Assembly (NCBI GenBank): GCA_964513645.1
Contig: CAZENF010000001.1
Coordinates: forward strand, 71,303 to 135,302
Length of the DNA stretch: 64,000 bases
Source of the DNA: an uncultured Candidatus Saccharibacteria bacterium
GTDB lineage: Bacteria; Patescibacteriota; Minisyncoccia; 2-02-FULL-40-12; GWA2-44-9
Direction: 5' to 3'
The notes below the pieces were generated by a model that saw only the letters and a list, made by a program, of their open reading frames with translations, did no database searches and was not told the origin of the DNA. Within the stretch, counting starts at the first letter, position 1, and every line of letters begins with the position of its first letter. The translations under genes were made by a program, and so were the position numbers. Below are positions 10,731 through 19,700 of the stretch, piece by piece.

Positions 10731-11588
10731 ATGACAAAGGCGACAAAAAGAACGTTTTTTTATTCTGCGGTGGCGGTTTTTTTGTTATTGAGCTATATCA
10801 TCGTCCTCTACGCCCTTGGCTATAAGTATAGTTTTTCTGAAGGTAAATTCTTAAGAACGGGTGCGATATCCATGAAGGCAAATACTGGGGCAAATATTTA
10901 CCTCGACAATAAACTGGACGGCTCAACTTCATTTTTTAATAATAGTTATAGCATCAACGGGCTTCTGCCCAAAAATTACAAGCTAAAAGTAGAAAAAGAA
11001 AATTATTTCACCTGGTCAAAAACCGTGACGGTTGAGGAGGGTCTGGTGACGGATTTTCCAAGTATCTTTCTGATACCGACCAGCGGCGATGAAAAAGATA
11101 AACTCATCCAAAATATTCAGCAGTTGTTAGCGGAGCTTTCACCGACACCTTCACCAAAACCCAAAGCGATTCCGCCGGCGATTAAACCCAAGCTAAGTCC
11201 TTCGCCTTCTCCAGAAAAAACAGAGATGTTCTATCTTGATCCGAAAACAAAAAACCTTTACCAAAATACTTCGGATAATCCTAAACTTATCGCCTCTGCC
11301 GTCAAAGATTTTCAATTGTCCGAAAGTAAAAAGAAGATCTTCTGGCGGACTTCGAACAGTATCTGGGTTAAATGGCTCGATGATACAAATTACCAACCTC
11401 TCCACAAAAACGGCGATAAGAGCTTAATAGTTAATTTTTCCGCACCGATAGAGAGTGCGTCCTGGTTCAAGGATGAGGACCATATCGTGGCGGAATTTGA
11501 AAGGCAGGACCTGAAAGGTAGGCCTTATGCTTCATATAAGATAATGGAAATAGATACGAGGGGCGGGTTAAATATAGTGGAGATATAA
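10731..11588 (+). CDS. hypothetical membrane-anchored protein with Pro/Ser-rich linker
   Basis: N-terminal TM helix, a PEGA-like beta segment and a PSPKPKAIPPAIKPKLSPSPSP linker. It is divergent from murA. Confidence 0.35.
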   Translation: MTKATKRTFFYSAVAVFLLLSYIIVLYALGYKYSFSEGKFLRTGAISMKANTGANIYLDNKLDGSTSFFNNSYSINGLLPKNYKLKVEKENYFTWSKTVTVEEGLVTDFPSIFLIPTSGDEKDKLIQNIQQLLAELSPTPSPKPKAIPPAIKPKLSPSPSPEKTEMFYLDPKTKNLYQNTSDNPKLIASAVKDFQLSESKKKIFWRTSNSIWVKWLDDTNYQPLHKNGDKSLIVNFSAPIESASWFKDEDHIVAEFERQDLKGRPYASYKIMEIDTRGGLNIVEI

Positions 11589-11629
11589 TTTTCTTGGCAA
11601 AAAAATATTCCCCTTCCGGGGAATATTTT

Positions 11630-12235
11630 TTATCTCTTTGACCAGGCCGGTCCTTTTCTTGCTTTTTTGAGACCGTACTTGCGACGCTCCTTAACTCTCG
11701 AATCACGGGTAAGAAACCGGGCTTTTTTGAGTTTCTTTCTGAAATTTTGGTCGAATAGGACCAATGTTCTCGAAAGGCCGTGTTTTATGGCATCGGCCTG
11801 ACCGGATAATCCGCCGCCGTTAACTCTGACGGTGGCCTTAAAACGGTTTACAGAACGTAATTTTTTTAAAGGTGATTCTACGATCGATTGTAAAATTTTG
11901 TCGGAGAAATATTCGCGGTAATCTTTGTCGTTAACTCTGATCAGAGCATGTTCTCCATCGACGGCATCGGTCGATTTTTTTGTAAAAAGGCGGACAATGG
12001 CCACTGATTCCTTGCGGCGCCCGACTGATTGAAAATATTTTTCCTTCTTCTGGTTTTTTTCATCTTCTCCTTCTTTTTTAACATCCTCTTCTCCCGCTTT
12101 TGTTAGGACTTCCGGCTCTTCGTTCTCTTCAGGCAAAGTAAGGCCGGCCTGTTTCAAGGTTTCTTCGGCGGCTTTAGGTTTTTCTTTTACTTTTTTAACC
12201 GCTTTTTTGGATTTGGCTGTCGGCTTGGAAGGCAT
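11630..12235 (-). CDS. rpsI: 30S ribosomal protein S9 with Lys/Glu-rich N-terminal extension
   Basis: C-terminus ...RDSRVKERRKYGLKKARKGPAWSKR matches the S9 consensus. It carries an extra N-terminal domain of about 65 aa. Confidence 0.85.
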   Translation of the reverse strand: MPSKPTAKSKKAVKKVKEKPKAAEETLKQAGLTLPEENEEPEVLTKAGEEDVKKEGEDEKNQKKEKYFQSVGRRKESVAIVRLFTKKSTDAVDGEHALIRVNDKDYREYFSDKILQSIVESPLKKLRSVNRFKATVRVNGGGLSGQADAIKHGLSRTLVLFDQNFRKKLKKARFLTRDSRVKERRKYGLKKARKGPAWSKR

Positions 12236-12237
12236 GA

Positions 12238-12576
12238 TTAATTAAATTTCAAATTTTTTATTATTTTATCACGGGTCCGGTTGATAGGAAGCATACGGTA
12301 AACCATCCTACGAAGAACTTCTTGCGGCTTTTTATCCCAAAGCTCTTCGAGACCCCTGGCTTTAATTCCGCCGTGATAGCCTGAATAGTGGTAATATTTT
12401 TTCTGGCTTAGTTTATTACCGGTAAATTTAGCATTTTTCAAATTTTTAACAAGGACCTCATGTTCAGGTAATTTGTTGGGGGTATAAGAAGCTATCCCTT
12501 TACCGCGTAAAAGATGGGCAGTTTTGCTGGCTAATCGTCCCAATGATTGATTTGTAGCATCGAGGGTGTATTTCAT
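12238..12576 (-). CDS. rplM: 50S ribosomal protein L13
   Basis: LGRLASKTAHLLRGK...YYHYSGYHGGIK aligns with E. coli L13. Confidence 0.85.
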   Translation of the reverse strand: MKYTLDATNQSLGRLASKTAHLLRGKGIASYTPNKLPEHEVLVKNLKNAKFTGNKLSQKKYYHYSGYHGGIKARGLEELWDKKPQEVLRRMVYRMLPINRTRDKIIKNLKFN

Positions 12577-12578
12577 AA

Positions 12579-12926
12579 TTATTCAGTAAATTCTATCTGG
12601 GCCATTTCCGCGCCATCGCTTGTCCGACGACCAAGGCGAAAAACCTTAGTATAACCGCCGTTCCGGTCTTTAAATTTAGGACCGATATGGTTCATAAGTT
12701 TTTGAGCGGCTGTTTCTCCGATATCCTGCTTTATCTCTCTTTTGGCCGCGAGGCTGCTTTTCTTGGATTTGGTGACCAGTTTATCAGCAAAACCGGAAAG
12801 TGATTTGGCTTTGGCCAAAGTGGTCCTTATTTTGCCATGTTCAATTAGAGCCGTAGCTAAAGCTTTATAAAGCGCTTTGCGCTGATTTCTTGCTCTGGCA
12901 AATTTTCTTTTATTACCGCGGCGCAT
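12579..12926 (-). CDS. rplQ: 50S ribosomal protein L17
   Basis: HGKIRTTLAKAK ... GGYTKVFRLGRR..DGAEMAQIEF matches L17. Confidence 0.85.
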   Translation of the reverse strand: MRRGNKRKFARARNQRKALYKALATALIEHGKIRTTLAKAKSLSGFADKLVTKSKKSSLAAKREIKQDIGETAAQKLMNHIGPKFKDRNGGYTKVFRLGRRTSDGAEMAQIEFTE

Positions 12927-12931
12927 ATTGT

Positions 12932-13687
12932 TTATTTAGATTTCTTTTTCGTTTTTATTTCTTTGGCTTCTTTTTTCTTTGCTACAGGTTTTTCTTTCGA
13001 TTCTGGAACTTCGACGTCTGAAACCGTCTTGAAATGGTCTACTAATATTCCTGCGGCGCTTTTAAGCGCTTGTTCAGGTTCAATCGAGCCGTCTGTCTCT
13101 ACTTCCATGACTATTTTGTTATAATCGATCCTTTCGCCGACACGCATGCTTTCTATCGAAAAATTCACCATTTTAACCGGAGAGTACACCGCATCAATGG
13201 CGATAACTCCAATAGGAAGTTTATCTTTCCTTCTTTGTTCAACCGGAACGTAGCCGACGCCTTTTTCAATCTCAAGTTCCATGTTCATCGAAGCTTTCTT
13301 GTCGGTCAAAGTAGCGATGTGCTGGTCTTCGTTAATAAGCTCTATATCGGAGGTGAGCTTGATGTCCTTACCGGTAAGTTTTTTCTCGCCGCTGGCTTCT
13401 AAAATAACTTTAACCGGACCTTCTCCATGAAGTTTAAATCTTAATTTCTTAACGTTTAAGATGACCTCTATCACGTCTTCGAGAACTCCGGGAATAGTTG
13501 AAAATTCATGTTCGACTCCTTTTATCTTGATTGAAACGACGGCGGAGCCGGACAAAGACGATAAGAGAACCCGTCTTAATGGGTTTGCAATAGTAGCTCC
13601 GTATCCGGGCATCAACGGCGATATTTCAAAAACAACTTTACTGCCTTCTTTCGATACGACCTTAATTTTTTCTGGTAATTGTAACAT
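12932..13687 (-). CDS. rpoA: DNA-directed RNA polymerase alpha subunit (N-terminal domain only, Lys-rich tail)
   Basis: The alpha-NTD is conserved (VLEDVIEVILNVKKL). Only 251 aa, against about 330 in typical bacteria, ending in KKKEAKEIKTKKKSK. No alpha-CTD. Confidence 0.85.
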   Translation of the reverse strand: MLQLPEKIKVVSKEGSKVVFEISPLMPGYGATIANPLRRVLLSSLSGSAVVSIKIKGVEHEFSTIPGVLEDVIEVILNVKKLRFKLHGEGPVKVILEASGEKKLTGKDIKLTSDIELINEDQHIATLTDKKASMNMELEIEKGVGYVPVEQRRKDKLPIGVIAIDAVYSPVKMVNFSIESMRVGERIDYNKIVMEVETDGSIEPEQALKSAAGILVDHFKTVSDVEVPESKEKPVAKKKEAKEIKTKKKSK

Positions 13688-13756
13688 TGATATTGGTTAT
13701 TAGTTCTCTGCCGTTAGTACCCTCCGAGTTCTAATGGCCGGGACCTAAAAAACTTT

Positions 13757-14392
13757 TTACCTTGAATAAAATTCAATTATTGATTGCAAATCCTCCGTTC
13801 TGACACCGCTTTCTTCAAGAACCGGATGATTTTTTACTTTTGCAGTCATTTTTTCCTTATTTATCTCGATCCAACTCGGCGCTTCGTAACCTTTAAACCA
13901 TTGCGGCATAAGATTTGAAAAATAAGGCGAAGTCCTGCTGGCTTCCCTAATTCCTATCTCATCCCCGAGAGAAACCTGATATGACGGAATACTTGCCCTC
14001 TTGCCGTTAACAGTTATGTGGCCGTGGTTGACCAATTGGCGGGCTTGATCTCTGGATTGGGCGAAACCGCTCCGATAGACGATATTATCGAGTCTGTATT
14101 CGAGTTTATTAAGTATTGCGGTATATGGTTCTTTTCGTGAAGCGACAGCGCTTTTAATGTAATTTTTGAATTGTTTTTCGAGTAAACGGTAAATATTTTT
14201 AACCTTCTGCTTGGATTTCAATTGAAGAGCGAATTCCGAAGGTTTTCTTCCTCTGCTTTGTCCATGCATTCCTGGCGGATAAGGTCTTTTGACCATAGCC
14301 GATTTTTGCGAATGCGAACGCTCACCTTTCAGAAAAAGCTTTTCTCCTATCCTTCTTTCGATTTTTTCTCTTGGGCCTGTGTAACGAGCCAT
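13757..14392 (-). CDS. rpsD: 30S ribosomal protein S4
   Basis: MARYTGPREKIERRIGEKLFLKGERS is the canonical S4 N-terminus. Confidence 0.9.
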   Translation of the reverse strand: MARYTGPREKIERRIGEKLFLKGERSHSQKSAMVKRPYPPGMHGQSRGRKPSEFALQLKSKQKVKNIYRLLEKQFKNYIKSAVASRKEPYTAILNKLEYRLDNIVYRSGFAQSRDQARQLVNHGHITVNGKRASIPSYQVSLGDEIGIREASRTSPYFSNLMPQWFKGYEAPSWIEINKEKMTAKVKNHPVLEESGVRTEDLQSIIEFYSR

Positions 14393-14413
14393 GGAAATAT
14401 ATTAATTAAAATT

Positions 14414-14854
14414 TTATACTCTCCTTGGTTTCTTCCGCCTCACTCCGTTATGAGCGATCGGCGTGGAATCCATGATTGAAGTTATGTTGAGTCCGCTTCC
14501 GGCCAGTCCTCTGACTGCCGCTTCCCTGCCTGGACCGATACCTTTAACAACGACTCTGATGTTGGCTAAATTGAATTTTTTTGATTTCTCAACGCAATCC
14601 TTAGCAACCAAATTAGCCGCATATGGGGTTGATTTCTTGGTCCCTTTGAAACCTAACTTACCGGAAGATGACCAGGCAATAACCTCACCCTTCGGATCAG
14701 TAATACAAACCAGGGTGTTGTTGTATGAAACATTCACATAAGCCACTCCGTTCAAAACCTGTTTTTTTGAGGTTTTTTTCGCAGACGAAGAGATTGCTTC
14801 TTCGGAAGCAGTAGCTTGGTCGCCTTGAGTTGTAATTATACGCTTTTTACCCAT
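14414..14854 (-). CDS. rpsK: 30S ribosomal protein S11
   Basis: ...GIGPGREAAVRGLAGSGLNITSIMDSTPIAHNGVRRKKPRRV matches S11. Confidence 0.9.
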   Translation of the reverse strand: MGKKRIITTQGDQATASEEAISSSAKKTSKKQVLNGVAYVNVSYNNTLVCITDPKGEVIAWSSSGKLGFKGTKKSTPYAANLVAKDCVEKSKKFNLANIRVVVKGIGPGREAAVRGLAGSGLNITSIMDSTPIAHNGVRRKKPRRV

Positions 14855-14966
14855 TTTGCATCGAGGGACCCATTAGGTCGCCCGCGAGGGGTCCCATTGT
14901 GGTTTTGCTCCTTATGCTTTCGAGAAACACAATGGGGACACGCGTAGGCGACCAAGAGGGTCGATG
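14855..14966 (-). promoter_or_regulatory. GC-rich structured intergenic element between rpsM and rpsK
   Basis: Nested inverted repeats: ggaccc...gggtcc, then ccccattgtg...cacaatgggg. GC-rich in an AT-rich operon. It contains AAGGAG-N10-ATG, opening a 16-codon uORF whose TAA overlaps rpsK codons 2-3. Confidence 0.35.
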
Positions 14967-15353
14967 TTATGTTTTTTCGGCTGAAGGTTTTCTACCCGAA
15001 CCCATGGTCTTTCTGACATTGCCACGAATGGTTCTGGAATTAGTCTTGCTACGACCATGAACAGGGAGACGTCTCGCGTGTCTTAAACCACGCCACGCCC
15101 CGACTTCCTTGAGGCGTTTTATGTTCTGGCTTACCTCACGTCTCAAATCACCTTCAACTTTATAATTTCTTTCGAGAATCTTCTGAATCTTGTTCAGTTC
15201 CTCGTTGGTCAAGTCTTTGGTCATCTTGTCCGGATTTATATTGGCCGAACGAAGGATTACACGACTGACAGATAAACCCACCCCATAGATATAAGGCAGG
15301 GAGTAAGCTATCTTTTTATTGTCCGGAATTGTTATACCAAGGATTCTGGCCAT
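14967..15353 (-). CDS. rpsM: 30S ribosomal protein S13
   Basis: MARILGITIPDNKKIAYSLPYIYGVG is the S13 N-terminus. Confidence 0.9.
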   Translation of the reverse strand: MARILGITIPDNKKIAYSLPYIYGVGLSVSRVILRSANINPDKMTKDLTNEELNKIQKILERNYKVEGDLRREVSQNIKRLKEVGAWRGLRHARRLPVHGRSKTNSRTIRGNVRKTMGSGRKPSAEKT

Positions 15354-15358
15354 AATGT

Positions 15359-15472
15359 TTAACCTTGTCTTTGTTTATGCTTGGGATTCTTGCAGATACA
15401 ATACAGACGGCCTTTCCGTCTGACTAATTTGCAATTATTGCACATTTTTTTTACAGAAGCCCGTACTTTCAT
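15359..15472 (-). CDS. rpmJ: 50S ribosomal protein L36
   Basis: Not in the ORF track because it is under 60 aa. Translated by eye on the minus strand: [37 protein letters not shown] (37 aa, C4 zinc ribbon), in the conserved position between infA and rpsM. Confidence 0.8.
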   Translation of the reverse strand: MKVRASVKKMCNNCKLVRRKGRLYCICKNPKHKQRQG

Positions 15473-15596
15473 CCCGTACAAAGTAGCCCTTACAGGGCTT
15501 GAAGGTCAAATGTTTGACTTTCAAATCCATGCGAGAACTCACCACATCCCGTCCAAGTATTTGCTACTTTGTTCGGGATTCACACATATTTAAAAC

Positions 15597-15848
15597 CTAT
15601 AACCTTCGAATTATCCTTCCTCTTTTACCGTCAGGACTAAGTTCCAAGGACACCTTATCTCCCAGCATTACCTTTATATAATTAAGACGCATTTTGCCCG
15701 AAAGATAGCACAGGACACCCCGCCCATCTTCAAGCTGGACCTTAAAATTGGTATCCGGCAGTGCTTCAATAACGATTCCGTTTACTTTTTCTTTGGTCTG
15801 GTTCTGGTTCACTCTAAATTTTTGCAAAAATAAACCTACATCCTTCAA
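15597..15848 (-). CDS. infA: translation initiation factor IF-1
   Basis: [57 protein letters not shown] matches the IF-1 S1-like fold. The true start may lie downstream of the annotated one, giving about 72 aa. Confidence 0.85.
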   Translation of the reverse strand: MKDVGLFLQKFRVNQNQTKEKVNGIVIEALPDTNFKVQLEDGRGVLCYLSGKMRLNYIKVMLGDKVSLELSPDGKRGRIIRRL

Positions 15849-15971
15849 GAAAGCGCGAGTGGCTGTTAAAGCCCTATAACCGCTTAAAAATTGCGGCCGC
15901 TTTCTTTAAAAATACTTATAAACCTTAGTTTATTTTCAACTTATGCATATTACCAAAATTGAGATTAAAAG

Positions 15972-17942
15972 TCAATTCCCGTAATCTACGGTCAATTTTA
16001 TCCGGCTGCGGTCGGTCGGAACCTTAAAAACCCAGAAAGGCGATAGAATAACCCTGGCCGAAGTTACTCCGTCAACTCCTTTTATATATTCCTTGATGCC
16101 ATCTGAATTTTTACCCATCAGATCCGAAATTATTTTTTCCTGATCTACTGTCTGATAAACATTACCTTTAACCGCAACCGTAAAAGTCATTACCTTCTGA
16201 TCTTTATCAAAATTAACATTATCAAATTTTATATCCAGTTTATCTGGAAATACTGTCACTTGGTTTGCATTTTGAATTATCCTTGTTATGAGATCGTCAA
16301 AATCAGATTGTTTGAATCCGACAGTGTTAAGCGTAGCCGTGCCAGAAACAGTAAAGGTATCAGCCGCTTGATCTACCTGTGCGCTTGAAACAATATCGCC
16401 CATTTCCGGTGCGACATTGTCCAGGATCTTTAACTGGGCCGCCTGGCCTTTAAGGTCATTCTTAATATCTTCTGCCAGTTTTTTCTGAACAGCATCTTTG
16501 GCTTTTGCATAATCATCCTGGGTAACTACCTTGGCTTTTCCGATTATACCGCCGACCATCGCTTTATCTGCCTGGCCGTAAATTTTACCGTACCGGTCCA
16601 TGTCCCCTTTTTCTTTAAAAGCCGGCATCGTAAATTTCCCGGGACTTATATTATACGTATCACCCGCCTTATCGGCTATAACTTCAACGTCGATAGTTCC
16701 CGGTATTATCTTTCCGTTGACGACCTTTGTTCCGGGAACGGTAACGTTCTTTAATGTCCTGAATATCAGGCCATTGGAATTTTCGAAACGTGTCGTGGCA
16801 ATAAGTATCTGGTATGTGGTTCCGTACTCATTGTAGATTGTGATTGTGCCGCGCGCTTTTTGTGCTACATCTTTCTCGCCGGTCGAAGGAAAAGTCTGGT
16901 CTTCTTTTTTACTTAGAGAAAAAAGTTGGCCGGGTATTCTTTTCAAAGCCGGGTCGACGGAAGAATAAGAATCCGAAACGCTTATTTTTATTCCGGAAAA
17001 ATCAACCGGAGAAACTTTGGGTTTAATTATCAATTCTGCCTTGCCCATTGAAACATAAAGCACGAAGCCAAAAATTATAACCACCCCTAATCCGTAAAGA
17101 TAGAGCGTTTTTTTGGATAAATTAGAAACCCATTTACCGACCGGAAATCCTGGCAACTTGTAACCTTCGGTCGGACCGGCATATATCTTTTGAGGAACTT
17201 CGCGCCCCAGAGGTTCTTGAGGAGTCGGCATAGCACGCACGGGAGGAGACTCACGTCTTGATTGCCAAACATTTTGTATCTCATTCATTGCCGACCTTTC
17301 AAGCATTTTGCTTTTTACCGACTGCGAGCGCCTGAACTCGCGTCTAACTTCAACATCAAACGGTTGTTCTGCAGTCTCATCAACCTTAACACTCACTGGG
17401 TCTTCTTTTTCAGGCTGGATAATATCGTCCATTGATTTTGAAACCTTAGCCGCCGCAAGCACTGCGCTTTCTTCGGGATCAAGTTCCGGCGTTTCAGACG
17501 AACCATAATCAACTTCATCATAAGAAGGGCTTTTAAAACCTTCAGAATCATCTTCGTTCCGCATCTCATCTCTGGCAGTATTTGTTTCTTGATATTGGTC
17601 GTCCTTATCTTCTTCCTCGACATCTTCCTCGACATCTTCCTCGACATCTTCCTCGACATCTTCATCGGCTTCTTCTTCATCATCACTCTCACTGGTTAGA
17701 ATTCCAAAATTATAACTCGAAGCCATGGCATTTATCTCCGGATTTTCGCTTAAGATAAGGACGGCCTTATCTAATTCTTCGGAAACATCGGCTAAAAGAG
17801 AGAAATTATCTTCTTTGGCAAAAGCTTTCGGTCTTTTGGGCAAAACAAAAATGACCTCATCGGCCTGAGCTTTCTTGAAAATCTCGAGTATATCACTGAA
17901 CTTATCGTCCCGGAGGACGTTGATTATCTTTGTCCCCGCCAT
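15972..17942 (-). CDS. hypothetical single-pass membrane protein with acidic EEDV repeat region
   Basis: 656 aa. A conserved-looking N-terminal domain of about 85 aa, an acidic low-complexity region (EEDVEEDVEEDVEEDVEE), one TM helix (LYLYGLGVVIIFGFVLYVSM) and a C-terminal extracytoplasmic domain of about 340 aa. No family recognised. It sits where secY-adk-map normally precede infA. Confidence 0.5.
   Translation of the reverse strand: MAGTKIINVLRDDKFSDILEIFKKAQADEVIFVLPKRPKAFAKEDNFSLLADVSEELDKAVLILSENPEINAMASSYNFGILTSESDDEEEADEDVEEDVEEDVEEDVEEEDKDDQYQETNTARDEMRNEDDSEGFKSPSYDEVDYGSSETPELDPEESAVLAAAKVSKSMDDIIQPEKEDPVSVKVDETAEQPFDVEVRREFRRSQSVKSKMLERSAMNEIQNVWQSRRESPPVRAMPTPQEPLGREVPQKIYAGPTEGYKLPGFPVGKWVSNLSKKTLYLYGLGVVIIFGFVLYVSMGKAELIIKPKVSPVDFSGIKISVSDSYSSVDPALKRIPGQLFSLSKKEDQTFPSTGEKDVAQKARGTITIYNEYGTTYQILIATTRFENSNGLIFRTLKNVTVPGTKVVNGKIIPGTIDVEVIADKAGDTYNISPGKFTMPAFKEKGDMDRYGKIYGQADKAMVGGIIGKAKVVTQDDYAKAKDAVQKKLAEDIKNDLKGQAAQLKILDNVAPEMGDIVSSAQVDQAADTFTVSGTATLNTVGFKQSDFDDLITRIIQNANQVTVFPDKLDIKFDNVNFDKDQKVMTFTVAVKGNVYQTVDQEKIISDLMGKNSDGIKEYIKGVDGVTSARVILSPFWVFKVPTDRSRIKLTVDYGN
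17609..17668. repeat. 12-nt tandem repeat (catcttcctcga) x about 4.5 inside the CDS
   Basis: Seen directly. It encodes the (EEDV)n tract, and the antisense ORF MSRKMSRK is an artefact of this repeat. Confidence 0.8.
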
Positions 17943-17954
17943 TACCTTTCAATC

Positions 17955-18899
17955 TTACCACGATTTAGCTAAAAGCAAATCAACAGCTTCTTTTTTACCC
18001 TTAGTATCCATCAATTTAGCCCTGAACTCCTTGGCTCCGGGATAATTATTGATATATATCTTAAAAAATCTCTTCATAACATCAAAGTTCTTTCCTTCGG
18101 GCCAAAGTTTATCAAAATTATTGATATGCTTTAGCAATATCTTTACCCTCTCTTCCGGTTCGGCAACATCTCGGCCCGAGAAAAACCACGGATTTTGGAA
18201 TATTCCCCTGCCAACCATAATTCCGTCGAGACCGTATTGTTCGGCTTTTTGCTTTAGATCTTCCATGTTAACGACATCTCCGTTCCCGATAAATATTTTT
18301 CCTGAATTTCTAACGGTATCTAAAATTTTACCCAATTCATCCCAATGAGCCGGAACTTTGGACATTTCCTTGCGAGTCCGAGCATGAATTGATAAAGCTG
18401 TTATATCCGTATCGATAAGATGTTTCGGCCAATCAGGTTCAATCCTGTTGTAGCCAAGACGAGTTTTAACAGATACCGGAAGCGGACCCGCTCCACGAAT
18501 AGTTTCTTTGATAACCTTCTTTGCCAACTCCGGATCTTTTATCATCATCGCTCCGGCACCTTGTTTTTCCACCGACTTATCCGGACAACCCATGTTTATG
18601 TCTATTCCGTCAAAACCAAGTTCTTGGGCTAATTGGGCGCAGCGATACATGTTTTCAGGCACGGCTGAAAAGAACTGGACTACAATCGGCCTTTCGTTCT
18701 TTTCAAAATATAGTTCACCCCTGAATTTTTCTTTTCCAACCGCACATATCCCGTCGGCTGAAATAAATTCCGTGAAAAAAACATCCGGTCTCCCGGTTTC
18801 GATAATTATCTGCCTGAAGGCCCAATCGGTCACATTTGCCATCGGCGCCAGGACCGTAAAGGGCTTTTTTAACTTCTGCCAGAAATTATTCGTGGTCAT
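17955..18899 (-). CDS. dus: tRNA-dihydrouridine synthase (DusB-like)
   Basis: TIM-barrel flavoprotein motifs (LAPMANVTDWAFRQI, DGIDINMGCP). 314 aa. Confidence 0.85.
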   Translation of the reverse strand: MTTNNFWQKLKKPFTVLAPMANVTDWAFRQIIIETGRPDVFFTEFISADGICAVGKEKFRGELYFEKNERPIVVQFFSAVPENMYRCAQLAQELGFDGIDINMGCPDKSVEKQGAGAMMIKDPELAKKVIKETIRGAGPLPVSVKTRLGYNRIEPDWPKHLIDTDITALSIHARTRKEMSKVPAHWDELGKILDTVRNSGKIFIGNGDVVNMEDLKQKAEQYGLDGIMVGRGIFQNPWFFSGRDVAEPEERVKILLKHINNFDKLWPEGKNFDVMKRFFKIYINNYPGAKEFRAKLMDTKGKKEAVDLLLAKSW

Positions 18900-18900
18900 A

Positions 18901-19127
18901 GCAGAATTATATCCCTATCTCCGACCGGATGTCCAAAATCTCTGCGCATTTTGGCACCCTATCCCCTCGGCATTTCGAAGATCCGTTGTTAAGTCCGTGC
19001 TTATTTGTTACCGAAAATTATTCGTCAAAGCTCTAATTTTCGAACAAATGGGCACGACCGCCTTACGGCGCCTTATTGATGAGCCGAAATGCCTGCGGGA
19101 AATTCGGACTTAGAGATATAATTCTGC
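18901..19127. other. candidate structured RNA or MITE-like element bounded by 13-bp inverted repeats, strand unresolved
   Basis: gcagaattatatc at 18901-18913 pairs with gatataattctgc at 19115-19127. The 200-nt interior is GC-rich with several internal helices. It has weak, topologically inconsistent resemblance to RNase P CR-I and CR-V. Confidence 0.3.
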
Positions 19128-19182
19128 TATTTTGTTTAGCTATTTTAGTAAAAACATAGAATTTAACAGGAAAAAGCTAATC

Positions 19183-19211
19183 TTGTAATTACCCATAAAG
19201 CATGGTATAAT
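19183..19211 (+). promoter_or_regulatory. sigma70-like promoter (TTGTAA, 17-nt spacer, TATAAT)
   Basis: Read directly. The RBS AAGGATGGGG and the ATG at 19234 follow. Confidence 0.5.
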
Positions 19212-19233
19212 GATAGCAAAGGATGGGGCTGAA

Positions 19234-19452
19234 ATGGAAAAAATCTACAATTACCCCGTATTCGGAACACAGGGCGGAGGACTGGTTCGAGAAGTCAGCC
19301 AGAATCTGTATCGCTACGTCTTCATCGAGAAGCCCGATTGTCCAGGACTGGACGTCGGCGACTTCATGCCTGAGCAGTGGGACATAATTCCCGCCAATCA
19401 GTCAGCTCGCGACCAGCTATTCGATGAGCAATTTGGCCCAAACGCCAACTAA
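19234..19452 (+). CDS. hypothetical 72-aa protein with GC-rich codon usage
   Basis: Own promoter and RBS. MEKIYNYPVFGTQGGGLVREVSQNLYRYVFIEKPDCPGLDVGDF... Followed by a near-palindromic hairpin (agacagagac-ctcgag-gtctcgtgtct) and a U-rich tract at 19466-19510. Its GC content is well above the genome background. Confidence 0.4.
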   Translation: MEKIYNYPVFGTQGGGLVREVSQNLYRYVFIEKPDCPGLDVGDFMPEQWDIIPANQSARDQLFDEQFGPNAN

Positions 19453-19700
19453 CCTCGTGTAAGACAGAGACCTCGAGTCTCGTGTCTGGCACGGGGTTTT
19501 CTGTTTGATAAACAACCAATAATTAAGCGAGGGGGACTGGCCATCTGAGACACTGGAGACCCCGAAATTGGACGATGGTATAATGTAGGCCGATAGGCCA
19601 CCATCGGACAATTTCCGGGCGATTGTAGCTGAGGTCGGATAACTCACGGAGGAGTTATCCGACCGGAGGCGTGTCGGAAGATGGCTGGTCTCTTGAGCAA

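Noticed and set aside
17393-17692. ORF encoding MSRKMSRKMSRKMSRK
   Set aside because: It is the antisense reading of the 12-nt tandem repeat that encodes (EEDV)n in the real 656-aa gene.
18901-19127. RNase P RNA. AAGUCCG and CGGACUUA strings resemble the CR-I and CR-V halves of the P4 helix, and AGGGUGCC was noted.
   Set aside because: The order of the motifs is wrong: the CR-V-like string lies mid-molecule, before the AGGGUGCC block. The element is only about 227 nt, with no room for an S-domain. A canonical RNase P RNA on that strand would run into the dus coding region.
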